Origin: Vibrio celticus
GTDB lineage: Bacteria; Pseudomonadota; Gammaproteobacteria; Enterobacterales; Vibrionaceae
Assembly (NCBI RefSeq): GCF_024347335.1
Contig: NZ_AP025464.1
Span: 982,517-1,006,516, forward strand
DNA: 24,000 nt
Direction of reading: 5' to 3'
In this document: in pieces, positions 17,635-24,000 of the stretch
Numbering within the stretch: the stretch's first letter is position 1
Layout of the letters: each line of letters begins with the position of its first letter
Translations under genes and position numbers: made by a program
Notes under the pieces: generated by a model
The model's database searches: none
What the model was told of the DNA's origin: nothing
Seen by the model: the letters and a program-made list of their open reading frames with translations, nothing else

Positions 17635-19014
17635 TTACTTCAGGATTCGGGCGCGGAATTGACGACCCTTCATTTTACCTGATTCGATTTTGTTCAGTGC
17701 TTTCTTAGCCACAGATCTTTCTACCGCTACGTAAGCACGCATTGCGAACAGATTGATCTTACCTACTGATTTACCATCAATGCCGCCTTGGCCCGTCAAT
17801 GCGCCAAGAATATCACCAGCACGAAGCTTAGCTTTCTTACCGCCATCAATCTGGATGGTAACCATGTTCGAGTAGTACGGCTTAGCAATTGGTTTTGCTG
17901 GAAGCTCAGATGGCTCGATTGGCATGTCCATGTACTCATCGATTTGAGCAACACGGTACATCTCTTTTTCGCTAAAGAAGCTGATCGCTACTCCTTTGCT
18001 TCCTGCACGACCAGTACGACCAATGCGGTGTACGTGAACTTCAGGGTCGCGAGACAATTCAAAGTTGAACACAGCATCTAGGTTATCAACATCAAGACCA
18101 CGAGCCGCAACGTCTGTCGCCACTAGAATCGAGATGGTTTTGTTTGAGAACTGAACCAAAGCTTGGTCACGTTCACGCTGTTCCATGTCACCATGAAGTT
18201 CGATAACGCTGAAACCACGGTGGCTTAGCTCATCGTTTACGTTCTGCACTTCTTTCTTAGTGTTACAGAACACAACCGCAGATTCCGGTTGATGATGAAG
18301 TAACAGCAACTCTAGAGCGTCATCACGAGCTTCAGAACCTTCTAACTTGTAGAAGTGTTGTTGGATGCTTGAGTGGTCATGTGTTGATTCAACCTTCACC
18401 ATTTCTGGATTGCGCATGATGCGGTCTGCAACAGATTTGATCTGTTTAGGGAAAGTCGCACTGAATAGTAGAGTTTGGCGTTCTTTTGGCGCCGCTTCAA
18501 TCACAGCATCCAAAGCGTCTTGGAAGCCCATTTCTAGCATGCGGTCAGCTTCATCTAACACAAGTGTGTTCAGCTCAGACAGGTCAATACGACCTTTCTC
18601 TAGGTGATCAAGAATACGACCAGGTGTGCCTACAAGAATGTGTGCGCCATGCTCTAGTGAACCAATCTGAGGGCCCATTGGCATACCGCCACATAGTGTC
18701 AGCACTTTAATGTTGTGAATACCACGAGCAAGAGTACGAATCTCTTTTGCTACTTGGTCTGCAAGCTCACGAGTCGGACATAACACTAAAGACTGAACAC
18801 GGAAACGCTTAACGCGTAGGTTCTGCAGCACGCCTAAACCGAAAGCAGCTGTTTTACCTGAACCCGTTTTACCCTGACCGATAACGTCCTTGCCATTTAG
18901 GATAGTAGGAAGACTTAACGCTTGGATCGGCGTCATTTCAGTATAACCAAGAGAATCTAACGTGTTTAGAAGCTCTGGTTTAAGGGCGATTGAAGAGAAT
19001 TTTGAAGTGCTCAA
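17635..19014 (-). CDS. dbpA: ATP-dependent RNA helicase DbpA (DEAD-box with C-terminal 23S rRNA-binding domain)
   Basis: The 459-aa ORF has GYTEMTPIQ, GKTGSGKT, VLDEADRM, SAT and HRIGRTGRAG motifs. The DbpA-type C-terminal domain reads IQIDGGKKAKLRAGDILGAL…FRARILK. The start is apparently TTG at 19014. Confidence 0.9.
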   Translation of the reverse strand: MSTSKFSSIALKPELLNTLDSLGYTEMTPIQALSLPTILNGKDVIGQGKTGSGKTAAFGLGVLQNLRVKRFRVQSLVLCPTRELADQVAKEIRTLARGIHNIKVLTLCGGMPMGPQIGSLEHGAHILVGTPGRILDHLEKGRIDLSELNTLVLDEADRMLEMGFQDALDAVIEAAPKERQTLLFSATFPKQIKSVADRIMRNPEMVKVESTHDHSSIQQHFYKLEGSEARDDALELLLLHHQPESAVVFCNTKKEVQNVNDELSHRGFSVIELHGDMEQRERDQALVQFSNKTISILVATDVAARGLDVDNLDAVFNFELSRDPEVHVHRIGRTGRAGSKGVAISFFSEKEMYRVAQIDEYMDMPIEPSELPAKPIAKPYYSNMVTIQIDGGKKAKLRAGDILGALTGQGGIDGKSVGKINLFAMRAYVAVERSVAKKALNKIESGKMKGRQFRARILK

Positions 19015-19195
19015 TGGAAATATCCAACTGGTGAAAAACAGAGTGCATTATGAGTGTTTTTGAAAATTATTCCACCTTAATCACAGTTTTGAACGAACAA
19101 ACAACCATAACAAATATTTATCAGTTGGCAGTGTTAATTACAATTAAAATACGGGATACCATAAAAGTGTAATTTACCCCTGAGGATTGAACAGT

Positions 19196-19618
19196 ATGAA
19201 AAGATCACCGTTACAAAAAGGCTTCACACTTTTGGAACTGATCGTCGTTATTGTCATACTCGCCGTTATCGCTGTGGTCGCCGCTCCACGCTTTTTGTCT
19301 ATTGCAGATGATGCAAGAGAAGCGACTAGCCGAGCACTGTTTGACAACTTCCGTGCCGGAGCAGAGATCTATCAAGGAGCTTGTTTAGCTCGAGGCGGAG
19401 ATGTAACCGAATTGCGAGGACAGGATACTTCAGATTTCAATATCGACGGCATTTACTCGAACTTCTCGGGCAGTTGCTACCCAGTGCGTAATAGCAATGC
19501 AGGTGTGCGTAGAGATATTAACAATGCGAGAGGCTGTTACGAACTGTTCCAAGACATCGTCAACAGCGATCATTTCGAAGATGTTAACTTTGGTAGTGGC
19601 GGCGGCTTTGTTGCGTAA
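19196..19618 (+). pseudogene. Type IV pilin-like (prepilin N-terminal methylation domain) gene, 3' end replaced by the IS inverted repeat
   Basis: The ATG at 19196 has a GAGGA ribosome-binding site. The sequence MKRSPLQKG/FTLLELIVVIVILAVIAVVAAP is a class III signal. From 19604 the last codons (GFVA*) are encoded by the IS903-like terminal repeat. Confidence 0.75.
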
Positions 19619-20657
19619 TTAAGTTTAGAGATAGAGCCACCCCGTTTCGCGTATTTCTTAGTCAATACGACAAGTTTCAGGCATACCTAACCCAGTAAGC
19701 TTGTTCAACGCTTTTATCATCGCGTAAGTTTCACCCACCTGTGCATTGTAATTTCTTAAGCTCAGTTGCCCTCCTAGCAACTGTTTAACTCGATACATCA
19801 CTGTTTCTGAGAGTGAACGTTTGTGGTATCCATACCGCTCTTTCCAATACTTATTTGAGCCGTATAATTTCTGGCAACCCACGGCGAGATTTCGAGGGTG
19901 ACTACGTTCCCAGAAGGATGCCCCTTATCTTGGGGGAATAAGCGCAATGGCTCCCTTAATCTTAATAGCAGCGTGACACGCTCTCGTGTCGTAAGCGCCA
20001 TCACCAGACACCTCAAGGATACTTCGGCGTGTTTGTTTCAGTAAGTTAGGGAGTACTTCTCCATCTGTAACCCTCGATAAACTTAGCTCGGCGGCAATGA
20101 TCTCATGAGTGTTGGTATCGACGGCAATATGAAGCTTTCGCCAGACTCTACGCTTGCCATCCGTCCCATGTTTTTTGACTTTCCATTCACCTTCGCCATA
20201 AACCTTAAGGCCAGTAGCATCAATAGCTAGGTGCTGTATAGCTCCTCTCGTTTTAGTCCTAAATGAAACCTCAACTTGCTTGGCTCTACGACTGATGCAG
20301 GTGTCATGCGGACAACTTAACGGTACATTGGCTAACCTAAATATCGAGTCGATAAATCCTTGAAGCGCTCTCAATGGCATAGAAAAAACTCGTTTCACCA
20401 TGAGTGCTGTCGTGATAGCTAAATCACTGAACCGACGCGGCCTCCCGCGCTTATTCTGTTTACTTTGCGCCCACCCGCTTATTGCTTCTTCATCAATCCA
20501 AAAGGTCAGAGAGCCACGGTTAATGAGTGATTGGTTGTATTGCTTCCAGTTGGTTGTTTTGTAACGAGGCTTAGGCATAGGGCTACGAGAGAGGGTGGAG
20601 GTAGCTGATCAGATCGTAGGTTCTTGATTTAGTTCCATTGAATTACGCAACAAAGCC
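19604..20657 (-). mobile_element. IS5-family, IS903-group insertion sequence (1054 bp)
   Basis: It has 17-bp perfect terminal inverted repeats, GGCTTTGTTGCGTAATT at 19604-19620 and the reverse complement at 20641-20657. It encodes an IS903-like transposase. The flanking 9-mers agtggcggc and caaagcatg differ, so there is no target duplication. Confidence 0.9.
19658..20578 (-). pseudogene. IS903-like transposase with an in-frame TAA stop
   Basis: The sequence reads MPKPRYKTTNWKQYNQSLINRGSLTFWIDEE…ALIPPR-TAA(19927-19925)-GASFWERSHPRNLAV…MYRVKQLLGG…GMPETCRID. Both parts are in the same frame. The total of 307 codons matches IS903 Tnp, and the stop sits where Lys is expected (IPPRKGA). Confidence 0.85.
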
Positions 20658-20913
20658 CAAAGCATGTCGAGAAAAGGTAACTGCTTGGATAATGCTGTTG
20701 CTGAAAACTTTTTTGCTTTACTCAAAACCGAGATGTATCACAACCAAAGCTTTGAAGATGCAGATGCTCTGATAGAACAAATTAAAGAATACATCGAGTA
20801 CTACAATACCAAACGTATAAAAGTGAAACTAAAAGGCCTGACTCCGATAGAATATCAAACTCAGGCCTTGAAAGCCGCTTAACAGAAATGTCCAACTTTA
20901 TGGGGTCACTTCA
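20658..20913 (+). mobile_element. IS3-family element remnant (3' end of orfB plus right terminal repeat)
   Basis: It begins abruptly at the IS903-like boundary with QSMSRKGNCLDNAVAENFFALLKTEMY…YYNTKRIKVKLKGLTPIEY, the C-terminus of an IS3 integrase-core protein. It ends …TGTCCAACTTTATGGGGTCACTTCA at 20913, which looks like an IS3-type TG…CA terminus. Confidence 0.8.
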
Positions 20914-20942
20914 TGTTGGCTGGCTTTCTTATTTCTATTTGA

Positions 20943-21377
20943 TTACTTGGTTTGAGTATCAAGCATCACTTGCCAGTATTCACACTTGGCCAAGAACTCT
21001 TTTAAATAAAGCTCTGGGTTAGCAAGCTTCTCACCGCCCTTAACATCAGCGCCAGTCACTCGCCAAAATCCACGAGTGACCAAGTTTCGATGATAAATAA
21101 AATCGTTGAGTTCATTGGTCTTCAAAGGAAGTTGCTCACCAAACGTATTTTCGTAGCGGCTCAGAGTCGAGGCTTGTTCACTTGGCTTCTCCCTTAAAAA
21201 GGTATCCAAATCCAAACCTAATGACTGTTGCTGCTCTTTTGATAGGGCTTTAGCTAATTTAGAGATCACACTGAACAGAGCCAACTCAACTTTTTGAGAC
21301 GCTAATAACGATGCACCTAATAGCGCATGCTCGTTGGAAATGTGTTGTTCTGTTGATGAAACGGTTGCTGTTGTCAC
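20943..21377 (-). CDS. Hypothetical protein (144 aa)
   Basis: The GTG start at 21377 has a GAGG ribosome-binding site 8 nt upstream. I do not recognise any family. Confidence 0.6.
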   Translation of the reverse strand: MTTATVSSTEQHISNEHALLGASLLASQKVELALFSVISKLAKALSKEQQQSLGLDLDTFLREKPSEQASTLSRYENTFGEQLPLKTNELNDFIYHRNLVTRGFWRVTGADVKGGEKLANPELYLKEFLAKCEYWQVMLDTQTK

Positions 21378-21420
21378 TGTGTTAACCTCAAATAATCATA
21401 ACGGGTGTTACTGAACTGGA

Positions 21421-21516
21421 TAGAGTCTTTTCACTAAGCTGAATCTTATTCTTGTCATTAAGAAGAATCTTGCAGCTAAGTAGAGTCTTGCAACTAAGCA
21501 GAATCTTTTAGCAGAA
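21421..21516. repeat. Array of five imperfect tandem direct repeats of about 18 bp
   Basis: The units are tagagtcttttcactaag (21421), ctgaatctt-attctt-gtcattaag (21439, 24 nt), aagaatcttgcagctaag (21463), tagagtcttgcaactaag (21481) and cagaatcttttagcagaa (21499). The consensus is nAGArTCTTnnnnCTAAG. Units 3 and 4 match at 15 of 18 positions. Confidence 0.75.
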
Positions 21517-21772
21517 CACGGTCAGCATCAATAATGGTGAAGCCTGATGCATCTTCATTCTTTTCGACTTGCACTAAACCTTTAAAACCAATCTGCGACA
21601 GCTTCTTCGCAAGTTGATCTGGTGCTGTTTCAAAAACAACATTCATAAAAGGTAAAGACTCAGCATCAACAAAACCATGCTCGTTAAACAGTTCCATTGC
21701 TTGAGATAAATGGTCTGAGTCGGTTAATTCGATAATTTCTACAACTTCTTCCAACAACATTTTCGATTCCAT
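21494..21772 (-). CDS. Hypothetical acidic protein (92 aa)
   Basis: The ORF has an ATG at 21772, with an alternative ATG four codons downstream, and a weak ribosome-binding site. I do not recognise any family. Its 3' end overlaps the last repeat unit. Confidence 0.55.
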   Translation of the reverse strand: MESKMLLEEVVEIIELTDSDHLSQAMELFNEHGFVDAESLPFMNVVFETAPDQLAKKLSQIGFKGLVQVEKNEDASGFTIIDADRVLLKDSA

Positions 21773-21978
21773 ATTCGCCAGAAAGTGACTGACACAAGCA
21801 CTTACGTTTTGCTCGCATACATCCCGATGCCCGAAGACACCCCTTTAGTAGTAGGGAGATCATAACATATTAATAATCGAAAAATATGTTTAATTTCCCT
21901 AACCTATTGGGAATATTAGAATAACAATAGAAATTGGTGAAGCATAGACAAGACCAATTCATCTTATCGAAAGCAACA

Positions 21979-22000
21979 GCCTGATTTGAGGCAATCAGGC
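21979..22000 (-). terminator. Hairpin overlapping the ABC-transporter stop codon (weak terminator candidate)
   Basis: The sequence GCCTGATTtgaggcAATCAGGC has an 8-bp stem. Only a poor T-tract follows on the minus strand. Confidence 0.3.
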
Positions 22001-23779
22001 CACCGTAGCTTGAGAATCGCCCGTTTCTACAATCGATTCTTGTAACAAGCCAGCATAAATACCATTGTGCGCCACCAGCTGTTGATGATTACCTTGCTCA
22101 ACAATTTCACCCTTTTCCAACACCAAAATCGTATCTGAGTGACGAACGGTACTCAAACGGTGTGCAATCGCAATCACGGTTTTTTCCTTGAAAAGGCGCT
22201 GCATTGCTTTTTGAATCAGGTCTTCGGTGATTGAATCTACCGAACTGGTCGCCTCATCAAGCATCATCAATTGACCACCCTGTGCAACCGCTCGAGCGAA
22301 CGAGATAAGCTGCGTTTGCCCTACAGACAAGTTGGATCCGTTCTTTTCCAAGTGGAAGTCATAACCTTGTGGCAATTGTTCAATAAACTTATCGGCATAA
22401 ACATAGCGCGCCGCCTGCTCAACCTCAGTTCTAGATAGATGCGTTTTACCCAGCGCGATATTGAATTGGATGGTCTCTTCAAATAAGTGCACGTCTTGCA
22501 TCATCATTGAGAACAAATGAGCAGAGTCTTCGCTTGAGATCTGTGACAGCTCTATTCCATTCAACAAAATGCTGCCTTCATAGTCTTGGTAGGTTTTAGA
22601 GATCAGACGCAGAATCGTCGACTTGCCCGAGCCCGTCGAACCCACAAGCGCGATTTGATGCCCTTTCTCCAATACAAACGAGACATTCTTTAGAACGTAG
22701 GGAGAGTCGTCTTTGTAGCGGAAGCTTACGTTCTTAAACTCTAGGCTCACAAACTGTTCAAGCTGTTTCTCAACCTTGTTAGATGGCAGCAGGTTGCGTC
22801 CTTCCTCTTCAGTAGGCTCAACAAACAGCTCTTCAATATGGTCAAACGCTGCAAATGAACTCTGAATCGAAGCTATCTGCGAAGTAAAGTCACGAATCGG
22901 AACAAACACTTTCTCTAAGGTGTTGATGAACGCAATCAGCACACCCAATGTGAGTGCCCCTTCTATCACTTGCTCAGAGCCATACCAGATCATAATCGCG
23001 ATGGTGATAGAGGTGATGCCAGAGATAAACGAGAACAAAATCGCATCGTATTTATTGATCTTCTTCTGCGCTCTTAAAAACTCATCGGTATAGCCTTGGT
23101 AACGTTGTTCGACTTGCTCTTCCGCTCGGTACATCTGAACGGTTTTCATGCCAAATAAGACTTCTTGCAAAAAGCCAATACCGCGAGCGAGCGAAGAACG
23201 AGTCACCTTATAGAGAGCACGAAGTCGGTTTCTCACATACACCGTCAAATACATCACTGGCGGCATAATGATCAATACAATCATCGTTAACTGCCAATCA
23301 ATGAAGAACATCATCACCAACAGAGCAATGGTATTGATGCTGTCTTTAACTAGCCCGACAACCGACTGAACAAACGTCTCGCCGATGGTTTCCAAGTCAC
23401 TGGTTAATCGTGAGAGCGTTACTCCAATCGGTGTGTTATCAAAATAGCTGCGCGGCAGTTTGAGCACGCGAGCAAACAATACTGATCGCATGTCAGTTAT
23501 CGTGTATTGACCAGTTTTACGCAGGTTGTACGAATAGGTGGTATCCACCACATAACTCGCCACCAGCACGGCAACGAGATAGAAGACGTATTCGAGCAGA
23601 CCATCCATATCCCCGTGACTCAAGTGAACATCTATCACTTGAATGATCAGCCAAGGGAACAACAAGCTCGTGATGACAGAAAGAGGAAGCATAACGATGC
23701 CCAGAATCGCAGAGCCTTTGTATTTCTTAGCAAACTTAAAAAAGTGCTTGAGGTACTTGAGATCAACACCTTTTAACAT
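21995..23779 (-). CDS. mdlB: ABC transporter permease/ATPase fusion, MdlB-like exporter subunit
   Basis: The 594-aa ORF has an N-terminal six-helix transmembrane domain. The nucleotide-binding domain has Walker A (GSTGSGKST), the signature LSVGQTQ and Walker B (LMMLDEATS). The ATG overlaps the upstream gene's stop (ATGTTAA) and has a GGAGG ribosome-binding site. Confidence 0.88.
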   Translation of the reverse strand: MLKGVDLKYLKHFFKFAKKYKGSAILGIVMLPLSVITSLLFPWLIIQVIDVHLSHGDMDGLLEYVFYLVAVLVASYVVDTTYSYNLRKTGQYTITDMRSVLFARVLKLPRSYFDNTPIGVTLSRLTSDLETIGETFVQSVVGLVKDSINTIALLVMMFFIDWQLTMIVLIIMPPVMYLTVYVRNRLRALYKVTRSSLARGIGFLQEVLFGMKTVQMYRAEEQVEQRYQGYTDEFLRAQKKINKYDAILFSFISGITSITIAIMIWYGSEQVIEGALTLGVLIAFINTLEKVFVPIRDFTSQIASIQSSFAAFDHIEELFVEPTEEEGRNLLPSNKVEKQLEQFVSLEFKNVSFRYKDDSPYVLKNVSFVLEKGHQIALVGSTGSGKSTILRLISKTYQDYEGSILLNGIELSQISSEDSAHLFSMMMQDVHLFEETIQFNIALGKTHLSRTEVEQAARYVYADKFIEQLPQGYDFHLEKNGSNLSVGQTQLISFARAVAQGGQLMMLDEATSSVDSITEDLIQKAMQRLFKEKTVIAIAHRLSTVRHSDTILVLEKGEIVEQGNHQQLVAHNGIYAGLLQESIVETGDSQATVA

Positions 23780-24000
23780 GCTACTGCCTCCGTTTCATTC
23801 TGCTGTAGCTGCCATGTATCGTAATAGTAATCACAGGTTTTCAATAATGTGGCGTGGTCGCCCTTCGCGATCACTTTACCTTCGTTCAACACGATGACTT
23901 CATCCATATATTCAAGGGCATTAACGCGGTGTGAAACCACAAGAACCGATTGATTTTCCAAGCGCTTAAACAAGCCTTCCAAGATCTTACGTTCTGTTTC
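23773..24000 (-). CDS. mdlA: ABC transporter permease/ATPase, MdlA-like partner, C-terminal end (5' part outside the window)
   Basis: The frame is open to the window edge (…ETERKILEGLFKRLENQSVLVVSHRVNALEYMDEVIVLNEGKV…). This is the D-loop/H-loop region of an ABC nucleotide-binding domain. The gene is translationally coupled to the downstream gene. Confidence 0.8.
   Translation of the reverse strand, partial: ETERKILEGLFKRLENQSVLVVSHRVNALEYMDEVIVLNEGKVIAKGDHATLLKTCDYYYDTWQLQQNETEAVAC

Noticed and set aside
19798-20016. A 72-aa ORF overlapping the IS903-like transposase, which could suggest a programmed frameshift.
   Set aside because: The two transposase halves are in the same frame and are separated only by a TAA. 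The overlapping ORF is in an unrelated frame and has no transposase similarity.
1-24000. A search for CRISPR arrays, tRNA or rRNA genes and integron attC-like repeats.
   Set aside because: I saw no regularly spaced repeat-spacer structure, no cloverleaf-like or rRNA-like sequence, and no attC-like imperfect palindromes. The only tandem array is the 18-bp repeat at 21421-21516, which has no spacers.

Overview
This looks like a chromosomal segment from a Vibrio-like marine gammaproteobacterium; that assignment is inferred from the protein sequences, not tested. The backbone is ordinary housekeeping genes. They are a Tas-like aldo/keto reductase, a TrmH-family RNA methyltransferase, the 7Fe ferredoxin fdxA, a COG2509-type FAD oxidoreductase, a DnaQ-like exonuclease, a PPC/DUF296 protein, two DEAD-box helicases (rhlE-like and dbpA), and an MdlA/MdlB-like ABC exporter pair. 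What deserves a second look is how heavily mobile DNA has remodelled this backbone. (1) A lipoprotein gene (3958-8628, minus strand) is split by an ISAs1-family IS (5217-8416, 10-bp target-site duplication). The transposase gene of that IS is itself split by a complete group II intron (about 6296-8188) that encodes a reverse transcriptase/maturase without an endonuclease domain. (2) Two almost identical IS4-family copies in inverted orientation (10291-11677 and 15935-17320) carry reciprocally swapped 10-bp target-site duplications. This shows that the 4.26-kb segment between them has been inverted. The inversion leaves an sgrR-family regulator gene in two pieces on opposite strands. Both original insertion sites share the 10-bp motif GAGGGAAGCT next to the duplication, and both copies share the same two transposase frameshifts. 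(3) An IS903-like element (19604-20657) has an in-frame stop in its transposase and no target duplication. It joins a 3'-truncated type IV pilin-like gene to the last 256 bp of an IS3-family element. (4) Next to that scar are two small uncharacterised genes separated by an array of five roughly 18-bp tandem repeats. I found no rRNA, tRNA or CRISPR array. I cannot point to a clearly novel multi-gene system. The nested and rearranged mobile elements and the small-gene/repeat locus are the best leads.
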